A DNA stretch of 63,929 nucleotides, the filler included, from Octopus bimaculoides (Eukaryota), in assembly GCF_001194135.2 (NCBI RefSeq). It is 5 parts of 5 records of this genome, joined end to end, with 100 filler letters (N's around TTAATTAATTAA, not from the genome) between each part and the next. Parts side by side here need not be neighbours in the genome. Positions count along the whole stretch, not along the records: positions 1 to 26,900 come from NC_068992.1; 4 more parts are not named here. One strand, given 5' to 3'. The notes beneath the pieces were generated by a model that saw only the letters and a program-made list of their open reading frames with translations, was not told the DNA's origin and did no database searches. How positions within the stretch are numbered: the stretch's first letter is position 1; every line of letters starts with the position of its first letter. The position numbers were made by a program, and so were the translations under genes. Below are positions 11,391 through 23,950 of this stretch, one piece after another.

Positions 11391-12149
11391 TTTGGTGTTT
11401 GCCAAAATATGCCATTACAATGATTTTCTGGTCGTCTGTCATTGTACATAATTAAATTTCAAAAGTCGGTGAAAATATTCCACTGACAAATCTTTAGAAT
11501 AATGGGCAGAATAACTGGCCATTCATAATGCTGGTATAGTGTAAACAAGACCAAGTACCAAGAGAGACTGGCTCCAGCATTCATGCTTGAATTTCCAGAG
11601 TCCTGCTATAAACATTATTAGATACTTCCCAATTGACTCTGTCTCTAAATTTAATCAATAATAGATGTGTAAGACAAGTTACCTATATTAACATGCTGTT
11701 TCTATTTTATTTTCAATTCAGTAACCTGGGCAATTTGAACATATGTAATTTTGGCCTAAAGACCCAATGCAGATTTACAGACAAGATAGACTCCATTGAA
11801 TACTAGCTTGTCCAATACCATATCATTTCAAACATTAATGTTCTTATGAAATAATAAACTAAATAAATATCTGAAAAATTGTCCACATAATTCCCATAGT
11901 CAATTCACTACAATGGTAATAGTTACTGCAAGTAAAATATAAATGTAATCATAACATTAAACAAAACATTAGAAACTAATTAATTTCTCTTTTCTCTATA
12001 AATTTACATAGATTTTTTTCCTTGTAAGTTCTTTTCTTTTCACTTGTCGTATATTAGTTTTATTAAATTTTCATTAAGATTCAATTAAAGTCATAAGTGT
12101 TCAAATGTTAGGAAACAGAGAATGTTGTGTTCTCCACACACACACACAT

Positions 12150-12184
<35 letters not shown>

Positions 12185-12269
12185 AGCGCACACAGAAAGA
12201 CAGACAAATAGATAGATAATACATGCATATACATACATGCATACATATAAACATACATACATGCATACA

Positions 12270-12314
<45 letters not shown>

Positions 12315-13049
12315 TATCATACATATACATAGATATATGTCTATATGTGTATACATATACAGATATATGTATATATATGTATATATANNNNNNNNNNNNN
12401 NNNNNNNNNNNNNNNNNNNNNNNNNNNNNNNNNNNNNNNNNNNNNNNNNNNNNNNNNNNNNNNATATATTTGTGTGTGTGTGTATAGACACACACACATA
12501 TATATATAATATACTTATAGGCATATATATGTGCTTATATGTATGCATATATATATATATAAAATACTTAACATATAGGTAATTGAAATAGAGACACTTA
12601 GAAGCTTTTTTTTCTTATACTTATTTTCTATGCAATTAAAATTTTATTAGTGGAAGTAGATCGTAGTTTTCTTTTCATATTGTTCTTATAAATATTGCAA
12701 AAATTATTCTAAAATGTTCAATCAACTAATCAGCATGACTGATTGCCTTCATTTAATTCATGTCAATATACTTTAATGAGAATTTATCATTATTATTATT
12801 ATTGTTATTATTATCAGTAGTAGTAGTAGTAGTAGTAGTAGTATCATTATTTGTAACAAGTAGGCAGAATTGTTAGAGAATTGGAACATTCTTTGCAGCA
12901 TCTCTTCCTTCCCATCAGAGTTCAGATTTGCTTTTCATTCTTTCAGGGTTGATAAATCAAGAGACTAGAATTACTGGTTTTCTGCTAAAATTTGAGACTA
13001 CTATTATTGTTGTTGTTATTGGTATTGTTATTTTTCATTGTTTTCTCAA

Positions 13050-13385
13050 CCTCTGATTAATGTATGTCACATCTCAGCTCCATCTTACAGTATAAAGACA
13101 CAACACTTTTCTCAACTCATGAGTTGTTCCAAGTACTGCTGCCTACTAAATACTTCTTATGACATTTGATATTTGCAGCTTTTGATACCAGTACATTGCA
13201 CTCATTGAGATGGTCCCAAGTACACTGATTACAATAGGTACTTCACTCAGTTTTGAGGCTTTGTCAACTAATTTCACTGCCATTGCTAGGTTTTGGTACT
13301 ACTTCCTGCATAATGCCCAGCATTTTTGCACTGCCACTTTGTCATGGCATTTTTTGTTCTCCCTTTCAGTCAGTTTTGAACATCC
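13050..13385 (-). mobile_element. 3' end of an R4/Dong-like RLE non-LTR retrotransposon
   Basis: Minus-strand translation KYQNLAMAVKL...EVPIVISVLGTISM...AAVLGTTHELRK resembles the RLE C-terminus (KY.DLA..VPIVIGALG...LLGTA..LR). An (AAT/AAC)n-rich stretch follows. Confidence 0.6.
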
Positions 13386-13389
13386 ATAT

Positions 13390-14985
13390 AGGTGAATTGA
13401 ACACCAGAAACGCTTTTCCACACACAAAACGGCAAGAACTACCCAGAGGTTTTTCAAGCTCTTCTAAGTCCATTGCAATGCTGGAAACCCTTTTGTATAG
13501 TCTGTAGGTATCTCAGGGTCACACAAGCATTTCATCCCTTAGCCTGCATGCTTTACCTGAGGGGGGCAGCAAGAACTGAACTAGTCTTAACCTATGGAAG
13601 GGTCCCAATTGCAGTCATCCTGAGTCAGTTTCAGCTGCTGTGCCTATTTCATTAATGGCTTTCTTCAGTTGTCTGGGTTCCAGATCTATCTTCTGCTAGA
13701 AATAGTGAACTGATGCAGATGGAAAGCTGGGGCAGCCAACATCAGTGAGGAATGAAGCTGCATGCCAGCCCTTTACAAGGGCCTTGTGGGCTAAGACCTG
13801 ATAAATTCAATTTCTTTGCTTAATGGGAAACAGTGAGGCTGTCTTCTTAGGGTACTGTGAGTTTAGCCATGATGAATGTGTCTGGTCAGAGTGATGTTAC
13901 TCCTATCACCTCTGGGAAGACAAGTCTACCTTTCAAGTCCACTTGCACCTCCCAGTCTTAGGCTGAGTGTAAAATAGAAAACAGATCCCCTTCCACTACC
14001 TTAACCTTGGGTGTTTTGTTACCTTCCTTTCAGAATTTGATATCATTTGAATGGTGATGGCTGGTGTTTATTAAACTTCACCCTTTTGCAGATCAGTGGC
14101 AATTTCTGCATGAACCTTGTTATGTCTCCACTTATATTGGCCTTCTTCCAGTCCCCTCAGGGATCTATTCAAAATGTGATTCAAGGTACAAAGAGTTGCT
14201 CTCCATATTTTAATATTGTTCGGTGTAAGCAAGAGGTCAGTGACAGCACAAAGGAGGACAATCTTCCCTGGTCAGAACTCCAGAGTTCTTTTCTGGACAG
14301 TGGACACTCAAGTGCTTGGTCCAACTGCATCAATTGACCTTGGTGAGCAAGCTCTACTATCTTCAACTCATGTTCCTCTTCATTTGAATCATGGATCCTT
14401 TGCACTATTAGCTCTTTCTCCTACCCACCTATTAATGTTTTTCTGTCTATTGGTGCTGTACTTAGCAAGTCCTTGACATACAGCTCCAGTAATCTCCTGG
14501 CGTTTCCAATATGTCTACTTCCTTCACAGCCTCCTGAGGCTTCCATTCTCTACCACACTTCATAAATTTGCTGGAATGTCTGACTTCCTCAGCCTCAGAG
14601 AGAAGCAATGTTGTGATTGTTCTTGCCTTTATGTCTTTGAATTCCTGAGCTTTGAGGTCTTGCTGTACAGATTGACTGGGCTGAAATCTGGGGGAATGCC
14701 CAGCCACTTTCACACTAACTTACTGCACAACTTTTCCATTGCCTTAATCTTAGTCATGGAAAAGTCATAAAGAAAAAATGGTCAGTGCCGTCTGAGTATG
14801 ATGCCATACTGGAAGCACTATACTTTGAACCTTCAAAGTAGCTGGCTTCTATCAATTACCATTAGTCAGTTGCCTAGTTGAATTTTGATGTCTTTAGCAT
14901 TGCCAGTAACCTTAAGAGTATGATCAAAACTTTGCCCAAGGCAGCAGACTCCTTTTTCTTGGATTGTTGGCATTTGAGAACTCAA
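13390..14985 (-). mobile_element. Decayed Hero-like non-LTR retrotransposon: RT C-terminus, CCHC knuckle, RLE domain and 3' UTR
   Basis: IPTIQEKGVCCLGQSFD..IDRSQL.GRFKV*CFQYGI..FLYDFSMTKIKAMEKLCSKL..WLGIPPDFS; EFKDIKARTITTLLLS; KWKPQEAV; ELAHQGQLMQLDQALECPLSRKELW; CTLNHILN..WRHNK. Many frameshifts. Confidence 0.82.
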
Positions 14986-15999
14986 AATACAGAAAAATTT
15001 AGAATCTGATGAAGCTAGTGAAAGTCTGCATTTGGAAAAGAAAATTAAGTTTGTAAAATGTCATATAAATTCATACGCAATGGGGAGAAAGTCTAACTGT
15101 AAGTACAACTAAATATTTGGACAGGCAAACAACTCTTTCTTTTCTTTATTCCTTGTTTCAGGCCAAGATTCCAGAATATTAAATTTTCTATGCTGCATTG
15201 TGATTAAAATGACACTTCTTGTTGAGCCTTACGTTTGAAATATGCTGAGTTCAATCCTTCTATATATACTTAGTGTAGATAAAGATTTTCAGCTCATGAC
15301 ACTTAAGCTTGTTGTGCAATTATATATTATCAAATCTTATTTTTCTCTTGCATTGTTACCATTAATATATGTCAATGGTATCAATAACCAATGTTAGCAA
15401 TAGCAACATAGTTTATTAGAAGTGTAATTTGTTTTACAACTGGCTAATGCTAAAAACATTGTAAGTATCATCTTCGTCGTCGTCGTCGTCGTCGTCGTCA
15501 TCATCATCATCATTGTGTTTGGCTCTCATTATATGAAGATCATTTATTTGATTTTTCTCTCCAAAATAAAATTTATTCAAGCATTACTGATGAAATTTCC
15601 CTTTGGAGTACTTGGAAGAAGAGTAAAATTACCTGAGTAAAACTGGCATTCTGAAACTGGAGGTAAAATATTGCAATAGCTATGAAAGCAATACAAAAAT
15701 CAAAGCACACAACCAGATATTGATGAGGAAGAAGTATAGCGAACAGTTAATAGAATTAATAGAAGAGAATGTTTAGTAGAAGAAAAGTGTTCCAAATACT
15801 CAAATAATGAATTATTTGGAAGGCAGTAATAATAACAACAATAACAGTGCTGACATAGTGTCCTTTACCTGATCCCAAATACTGCAGTCAATTTGTATAA
15901 TTGCTGAGTGAAGACATTTACAAAATTAGCAGATGGAATTTTTATAAAAAGACAGGAGAGGATTAAATTTTCCCTTTTGTCAAGTAGTAGAACAATCCC

Positions 16000-16450
16000 A
16001 CCCAGAAATATGGGGAGAAATTATCTCAGTTGGAAGAAGGAAAGTCTGTGGCACTATCAGCTATATCATTGATACAATCAAAGCACTAGTTGATGTTGAC
16101 AAACATACTTCTCGCTATAAATTTCTGCCCCAGTATATTGGTCAAAGAAACATAAGAATAACAATATGATACCCTGGACACTAAGTAGACTTATGGCACT
16201 TGTTGTGACTTTCGTGTTGCAATATATGAGAATGGTCAAAGCAGGCTTTAGGAAAGGTGACTTGTAGTCAGAGAGCATAAAAATGGACTTACAAGTCTTA
16301 ATGGTACTTGAAAGTCTCATAACGATACCAGTACTATACCTAGTAGAAGATGTTGAGACTAAGGGCATAAGATTAATGATGCAGGACAGATTGTCTAGTT
16401 GTTACATTTGTTATAATAAACTACACCTTACAGCTGAATGCTTGGAAGAA
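16000..16450 (+). pseudogene. Decayed gag-like ORF1 of a non-LTR retrotransposon (L1/Tx1-like layout) with a CCHC zinc knuckle
   Basis: EIISVGRRKVCGTISYIIDTIK...QRNIRITI / IPWTL...LITIPVLYLVEDVETKGIRLMMQDRLSS-CYICYNKLHLTAEC, which is C-x2-C-x4-H-x4-C at 16400-16441. Contains one frameshift and a stop. Confidence 0.55.
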
Positions 16451-17372
16451 AATGTTTGGTAAAGCAAAACTAAGATAAATGGAAATAATGTAAAGCAACA
16501 GCAAAATGAACAAACCCTATTTTCCAGATCACCAGCAGCCAAAATGGTAGAGAAAGAAAACATATCATTAGTTCTTGCATCAAAAATATAGGAGTAAACA
16601 CAGCCCCTAACAGTACAATTTGTACCATCCCTTCATTGTGTGTTAAAGATGAAATAATGATAATAAAATTTCTCATAGACTCAGAAAAAATTTAAAGAGA
16701 ACAAAGAGAAAAAAAATTACAGAGAAAGGATGACTCAGCAGAAAACATCTGAAATGGATGCAAAGGAGCATTTCTTCTAAGTGACACCAAAATCCATCTT
16801 TGAGAAAATAACAAACTAAATTAACAGAATGGAGATCAACTAAGAATCACCATTATTCAAAGATCAAAGAAACAGTTAAAAGATAAAATTACACATCTCT
16901 AGAGCCAAAATTTTCCAAAGGAGTTATGATGATACAAAAATAATTAGGTTAAGAATACAAACAGTAGGCAATAGAAGGCTTACTAGAAAATTTTATAGAT
17001 TTATATTATACCAAACTTAAAAGATGTTGGAGTTTTCCAACATCAAATACCTCAAAAATGCTTATTGGTGCATTTGGTTTCACACGATGCACTATCAGAA
17101 ATGGTAAAATGAACAGCATTGTAGAGTACCCTATTCAAACTAGTCAGAAAATCTTTCAAGTATTGTCTCTTTAGATTATATTTCTTTTTAATATTTATGT
17201 GTTGTAATTATTTCTATGAAAAAAGTATGAGGGTATGTATGTATGCATAAATATGCATATGTATGTGTTTGCATGTATGTTACTATATATGTGTGTGTGC
17301 ATGTGTGCCTGTGCATGAATATGTATGCATGCACCTTAAAAATTGTTGATACAACAAGTGAGAAAATCGTAT

Positions 17373-17619
17373 CCAGCATTACTAGAAATAAGAGTCAAAA
17401 CAACTCTTAGCACTTATCTTATGACTGACAAGGAAGTCAAACTCCCACAGCATCTGGGGCAGAGCCAGATCACCAGGAAGCACCAGCATTGCTAGAAATA
17501 AGAGTAGGGATCAGACTATGTCCAGGATGTTGTAGGGATCTTGACTCCCTTGTCAGTCATAAGGCAAGTACTTTATTGTGGCTAAGAGTTGTTTTGACTG
17601 ATATTTCTAGCAATGCTGG
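17373..17619. mobile_element. Palindromic MITE-like element
   Basis: CCAGCATTACTAGAAATAAGAGTCAAAACAACTCTTAGC at 17373 pairs with GCTAAGAGTTGTTTTGACTGATATTTCTAGCAATGCTGG ending at 17619. Inner arm CTTATGACTGACAAGG pairs with CCTTGTCAGTCATAAG. Confidence 0.78.
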
Positions 17620-17721
17620 CACTTACTAGTACTCTTACTCACTTTAGGGACATTTATAGTTCTGTCGTTCAGTTGTAAATTGCCAATAAACCACTTTTAT
17701 TATTGATATATTCTTTTATTC

Positions 17722-17875
17722 TTTTCTTTTACTTGTTTCAGTCAATTGACTGCAGACATGCTGGAGCACCACCTTTAGTTGAACAAATTGACCCCATGAC
17801 TTATTCTATCAGTCACTTTTGCTGAACTGCTAGGCTATCAAGCAATGGTAGAGGTACAACCACAAACATACATAT
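17722..17875 (-). mobile_element. SINE family A, 3' part
   Basis: TTTTACTTGTTTCAGTCAATTGACTGCAGACATGCTGGAGCACCACCTTTAG. Confidence 0.75.
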
Positions 17876-17896
17876 ATATATGTGTGTGTGTGTGTT

Positions 17897-17937
<41 letters not shown>

Positions 17938-18491
17938 NNNNNNNNNNNNNNNNNNNNNNNNNNNNNNNNNNNNNNNNNNNNNNNNNNNNNNNNNNNNNNN
18001 NNNNNNNNNNNNNNNNNNNNNNNNNNNNNNNNNNNNNNNNNNNNNNNNNNNNNNNNNNNNNNNNNNNNNNNNNNNNNNNNNNNNNNNNNNNNNNNNNNNN
18101 NNNNNNNNNNNNNNNNNNNNNNNNNNNNNNNNNNNNNNNNNNNNNNNNNNNNNNNNNNNNNNNNNNNNNNNNNNNNNNNNNNNNNNNNNNNNNNNNNNNN
18201 NNNNNNNNNNNNNNNNNNNNNNNNNNNNNNNNNNNNNNNNNNNNNNNNNNNNNNNNNNNNNNNNNNNNNNNNNNNNNNNNNNNNNNNNNNNNNNNNNNNN
18301 NNNNNNNNNNNNNNNNNNNNNNNNNNNNNNNNNNNNNNNNNNNNNNNNNNNNNNNNNNNNNNNNNNNNNNNNNNNNNNNNNNNNNNNNNNNNNNNNNNNN
18401 NNNNNNNNNNNNNNNNNNNNNNNNNNNNNNNNNNNNNNNTATATATATATATATATATGTATGTATGCACACACAGACACACACATATATA

Positions 18492-19170
18492 TATTAGCTT
18501 GTCAAGAAAGTTCTTGCGGAATTTTTAATTTTGGTTTTAAATGATGTATTTTCAAATTAATTTCCACTAAATTACTTTGACTTTATATATCATTTTAAAG
18601 CCTGTTTTTTGCTCTATCTAATGCATATGCCTCTCAAACGCAATGAAGTTGACCATTTTTTTAAACGAATCATCACTGGTGATGAAAAATGGATTGTCTA
18701 CAATAATATCAATTCAGATGTTTACTGTTAACAACTAATGAAACTGGAGGAAGCAATCTAAAAAAAGCGGCCAGAATTGGCAAATTGTAAAGGAATCATG
18801 TTCCACCATGACAACGCTAGACTACATGAAAAGTTATTGGAGCTTGTTAGGAAGTAATATCACATCCACCATATATAGCCCTGACCTTGCACCATCAAAT
18901 TACCATTTATTTTGAAGTTGGCAAAATCCTTTGAATAGTAAAACTTTCAATAATGATGATGAACTGAAATTGCTGTTGCTTCAGTTTTTGGCTGATAAGA
19001 ACCAGAAGTTCTATGAATGTAGAATCATGAAGTTGCCAGAAAGATGGTAAAAGGTCATCGAACAAAAAGGAAAATATATAAATATATATACAAAGTTCTT
19101 TCTTTGTATAAAAAAAAATTACTTTTATTTCACACTAAAGAACCGAAATTACTTTCTTGCCAACCCAATA
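18492..19170 (+). mobile_element. Internally deleted mariner transposon
   Basis: TIRs TATTAGCTTGTCAAGAAAG (18492) and CTTTCTTGCCAACCCAATA (ending 19170). Relic transposase RIITGDEKWIVYNN / FHHDNARLH / HPPYSPDLAPSNYHLF / KLPERW*KVIEQKGKYI. Confidence 0.92.
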
Positions 19171-19559
19171 CACACACACATATTTAAATACTCCAGTCAC
19201 ATGATGCCAATACAAAATGAATGGATCAAAAAGGAACATACTTAATGCATTTTGATGCAGAATTCTGAAGTGTTCAGCAGGGTTAACAATATCTTAAATA
19301 AATTTTAAATTATCTCCTTGGCGTTTGCTTCACAGTAACAGCAGTAGAATACAAAGTACAATATTGATATTCCATTACAAGTTTCTGTATTTTTTGTACA
19401 GTCTCCAGTGATATCATTTACATCTTGTTTCATGTGAGGGTTTGATCATTTTCCTACTCTCCTCAAAAAAGGTCTGTTACTTAATGATAACTTACAAAAG
19501 CTGGGAAAACTGTTTTCAAACTGTAGTTGTAAAATGATTTTCAGCTGTGCATTTGACAG

Positions 19560-20337
19560 TTGCTTCTGTTCAGGCAGTATTTACAGAGATCGCATGAAGT
19601 GTAAAGTGAAAGATAAGTTTAAAACACATCAACAACACCTTCCAAGAGAACTATAAAAAATGTACAGAGATTTTACTCCAGACTTTGAAGGAAAATTAAT
19701 AACCCTGAAATATTATACTGCATGTCTTGTTTACAGAATGGCATTCAAATTCATTTCTCACATTGAGTTACTGAAATCACTACAACTGGTAAAAGTACCT
19801 GCTGCCTTAGCTGTTTCCATTGAAAGGCTCACCAGGACCTGGACCATGATCTTCATGCTTATAACTGAAAATCGAAAAGTTGTCTTGGATATTATAACTA
19901 TTTCAGTGAGAATATGCCAAGGTGACAGCCTACATGTTTCTGGATTATATTTTCTTTTTGTCATAAATCAACTGTCATTTCTTTTGTGAAAATCTACTTG
20001 CTATGTCTTAAAGTTTATAACAGCAAAAGACACAAATATTAGTCATAATTTCTTGTGGATTACTTTAAGGTCTGTGCTCAAAATATTTACAGTGCTGGAA
20101 ACAGCTAGATTTAATCATATGACCAAAAGAAATGTTCATCTTTAACAATTGAACTTGGTAAAACAGTTCCCCAAATTCAAAGTCTCTTTGAAGGAAAAAT
20201 AAGTAAAATAAAGTGAAAGCATACATATTTACAGACATATATAACCTGCTGGAGAAAAGCATATAGGTAATATGTTACATGTAATTTCCAGCATATTTCA
20301 GAAAATAGTAAAGGCTCCAAAATGCTACTAGCACAAA
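19560..20337 (+). pseudogene. Decayed non-LTR RT fragment, R4/Dong-like
   Basis: AFKFISHIELLKSLQLVKVP...TRTWTMIFML...IITISVRICQGDSL..LYFLFVINQLSFLL...ISHNF.VDYFK...KCSSLTIELGK, matching RT motifs AFDSVPH / GI.QGDSLSPL.F / SHL.FVDDLK / KC. Confidence 0.68.
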
Positions 20338-20339
20338 TA

Positions 20340-21999
20340 CGAGGTCTGATCAGTAAATATCCGGACTTTTGCCATAGTAACAAAGCTAAAGCATGCAGAA
20401 TGAAGGTTCTAGGCACAGATTGACCTTGGACTCTGCTGTGCATGTGCACTAAGTTTTAACATTCTAGCTCACTTTCGCTGTTTACAGCAGTGTTTGGAAG
20501 GAACATATGTAGCGTGTGATTGTCACATTGACCATGACAGAAAAGGTTGTCATAGTGATACCTGCTGAGAGGCCTACGCAAAGTTGAGAAAGTGTATGGA
20601 GAGGAGTGTATGTGCCACACCCAAGTGTATGAGCGGTTCAGATGTTTTCAAGATGGTCGAAAAAATGTTGATAATGATGAACATTCTTGGAGATCTGCAA
20701 CCAGCAGAACTGAGGTAAACATTGCAGATGTGCGTCCAGCTGTGAGGAGAAATCGTTGAATCACCATCAGTGAGTTATGAGAGGATGTGCAGATTAGTTA
20801 CGGTTTGGTTCAGTCTATTATCATTGAAGATTTGGGTATGAGACACGTGTCTCCCAAGTTTGTGCCAAAACCGTTTTCAACTGACCAAAAAGACACTCGG
20901 GTTTCAGTTGCACAAATATCTCCTTGATTGTGTCGAGAATGATGAAAACTTGTTGAAAACTTTGCATAGGCCTCTGAGCAGGTATCACCAAGCTTTTGTC
21001 AATATTTGATGCAGATACTCTGCTCAACTTACTCTGTCATGCTCAATGAAATGATTACACACTACACACATTCCTTCCAAGCACTGCTGGCTGTAAACAG
21101 TGAAGTGAGCTAGAACATTAAAATGGTCAATATAAAGATCCTCACTCGGGAACAAAAAACAAATTAGCTAGCCTGGGGGATGTTAACAAGTGTGTGGAAA
21201 ACGAATATGAAAAATAAATGCGTGCTNNNNNNNNNNNNNNNNNNNNNNNNNNNNNNNNNNNNNNNNNNNNNNNNNNNNNNNNNNNNNNNNNNNNNNNNNN
21301 NNNNNNNNNNNNNNNNNNNNNNNNNNNNNNNNNNNNNNNNNNNNNNNNNNNNNNNNNNNNNNNNNNNNNNNNNNNNNNNNNNNNNNNNNNNNNNNNNNNN
21401 NNNNNNNNNNNNNNNNNNNNNNNNNNNNNNNNNNNNNNNNNNNNNNNNNNNNNNNNNNNNNNNNNNNNNNNNNNNNNNNNNNNNNNNNNNNNNNNNNNNN
21501 NNNNNNNNNNNNNNNNNNNNNNNNNNNNNNNNNNNNNNNNNNNNNNNNNNNNNNNNNNNNNNNNNNNNNNNNNNNNNNNNNNNNNNNNNNNNNNNNNNNN
21601 NNNNNNNNNNNNNNNNNAAATTTTGAAAATGCGATTTCAAAAAATTTTTTTTCAGAATCGGATCCTCCATAACCAAAAAAGTGGGATTCTGTAAAAAAAA
21701 TCAACATATATCGATTTTCCCCAAAGCTATGACAAAAAAATTGGATCTTGTGAATTTTCCACAGGATCGTCAGCACGCATGTTTTTTTTTCATATTTGTT
21801 TTCCACACACTTGTTAACACCCCACAAGGCTGGTTATTTTTTTGTTTTTGTTCCCGAGTGAAGGCCTTTATATTGACCATTAAAACTTAGTGCACATGCA
21901 CAGCAGAGTCCAAGGTCAATCTGTGCCAAGCAGCTTAACTCTGTATGCTTTAGTTTCATTACTATGGAAACAGTCCGGTTACTTATTGATCAGACCATG
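20340..21999 (+). mobile_element. Mariner-derived non-autonomous element built from two head-to-head 5' ends, with a nested MITE
   Basis: TA|CGAGGTCTGATCAGTAAATATCCGGAC at 20340 and its inverse ending GATCAGACCATG|TA at 21999. Transposase N-terminus ..AYAKLRKVYGEECMCHTQVYERFRCFQDGRKNV..DLGMRHVSPKFVPK..ENDENLLKT runs to ~20960. Confidence 0.88.
21123..21880. mobile_element. MITE with ~100-bp TIRs and an apparent TAAA target duplication; interior mostly gap
   Basis: ATGGTCAATATAAAG..CACTCGGGAACAAAAAACAAA..TGTTAACAAGTGTGTGGAAAAC..ATGCGTGCT is mirrored at 21771-21880. TAAA lies at 21119-21122 and 21881-21884. Confidence 0.82.
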
Positions 22000-22565
22000 T
22001 ATATGTAAGATGCACAACAAACAAAATCCAGAAAATTAAAGGGCTCTTTATTTTCTATCTATATTGGGAAAATGTTCTGTAGAATCCTTCATGACAGGAG
22101 GGTGATGAGAATGTGCCTCTTTAGTTTTAAACAAATAGAGATACGTTTTAACTAATTACAGGGGTTGCCTGGCAGTTAAAGCTTGTAAAAGGGGCTTATG
22201 AAATAAATGGTGTGAAGTTCAAGATCCTGTAACCTGATAAGGAAATGATCACACTGGATATTTCTATAAATATGACATAACACAGGGTTTGTATTCTTAA
22301 TAGTAGAGTAGCAAATGGATTAGAAAATGTTAAAAATTAGGTTTTGAATCAGCTAAAACATTTCCCTGCAACTCACATTTAGACTATACAACATCCTTAT
22401 TTTCCCTTTTCCTAATCACAACGTATGCTTTGGAAGCATGGCTTAAAAAATCTGAAGGTTTACTGTTTGTGACAGCTTTTGACATCTAGCATCACAAGTG
22501 GTTAACAAATGAAGTAGCTCATAACAGCAATAACAACCTTGACATTAACATATAATGCAGCAGCA

Positions 22566-22599
<34 letters not shown>

Positions 22600-22604
22600 C
22601 ATCA

Positions 22605-23835
22605 TCATCGTCATCATCATAGTCATCATCATAGTCATTTAACATTCGCTTTCCATGCTGGCATGGGCTGGATGGTTTGACTGAGGGCTGGTGAGCCAGA
22701 AGGCTGCACCAGGCTCCAATCTGATATGGCAAAGTTTCTACAGCCGGTTGCCGTTCCTAACGCCAACCACTCCGAGAGTGTAGTGGGTGCTTTAATGTGC
22801 CACTGGCACAAGGGCCAGTCAAGTGGTACTGGCATCAACCATGCTCAGATGGTGTTTCTTATGTGCCACCGGCACAGGAGCCAGTCAAGTGACACTGGCA
22901 ATGGCCACACTCGAATGGTGTTTTAACATTCCACTGGCATTGGCATCAGTCTCGGTCACTTGTCACTGCCTCGGAGAGGCCCAATGTTTGAAGGAAGGTC
23001 ATGCTTCACCACCCCGTCCCAGGTCTCCCTTGGTCTATCTCTTCCACAGGTTCCCTCAACTGCTAATGGTGTGCCACTTTTCACACAGCTGTCCTCATCC
23101 ATTTGCAACACATGACCATACCGGTGCAGTTGTCTCTCTTGCACACCACATCTGATGCTTCTTATATCTAACTTTTCTCTCAGGGCACTTACACTCTGTC
23201 ATGTATACACACTGACACTACACATCCAGTGGAGCATACTGGTTTCATTCCTTGCAAGCTTACACATGTCGTCAGCAGTCACAGCCCGTGTTTCACTGCC
23301 ATGTAGCATGGCTGTTCGCACACATGTGTCATACAGTCTACCGTTTACTCTGAGTGAGAGGCTCCTTGTCACCAGCAGAGGTAGGAGCTCTCTGAAATTT
23401 GCCTAGGCTATTCTTATTCTAGCAGCTACACTTTCAGAGCATCTACCCCTGCTACTGACTTGGTAATGGAAGCTATCAACTACTTGTAGTTTTTCCCCCT
23501 GGAATGTGATGGAAGCTGTTCCCTACACATTTTCAGTGTTTATTGCTCCTGAGCATTTGCCACATACAAAAACTATGTTCCTAGTTAGCCTTCCTTTGGT
23601 ATGGCTGTGCCTCCTATGTGTCCATAGCTTACACTGGGTACATCTTATGGAGTTTCTACCCATGCCTTTGCTACAGATCGAGCAGGACCACCTACCTGAA
23701 GGGATTTGTGGCTTGTCAGCCTTACTACTTATTAAGACTTTGGTTTTTGCTAAGTTGACTCTAAGGCCCTTCGATTCTAGTCTTTGTTTCCACACCTGAA
23801 ACTTCTCTTCTAGTTCTGATAGTGACTCAGCTAGA
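22605..23835 (-). mobile_element. 5'-truncated RTE-clade LINE: RT C-terminus, 3' UTR and (GAT)n tail
   Basis: LEEKFQVWKQRLESKGLRVNLAKTKVL..CSICSKGMGRNSIRC..GRLYDTCVRTAMLHGSET..ERQLHRYGHVLQMDED..GRDRPRETW. The UTR ends in CATCATCAT..TTTAACATTCGCTTTCCATGCTGGCATGGG on the + strand. Confidence 0.92.
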
Positions 23836-23916
23836 TGCAAATAGGAAAAATAGAATTCAAAACATAAGTATGTGTAAGGATTGATGGATGAATACATGCA
23901 TACATACATACATACA

Positions 23917-23950
<34 letters not shown>

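Noticed and set aside
10560-11830. Several short AG..GT-bounded open segments on the minus strand
   Set aside because: Splice signals are weak, the peptides are unrecognisable, and they cannot be distinguished from chance without RNA data.
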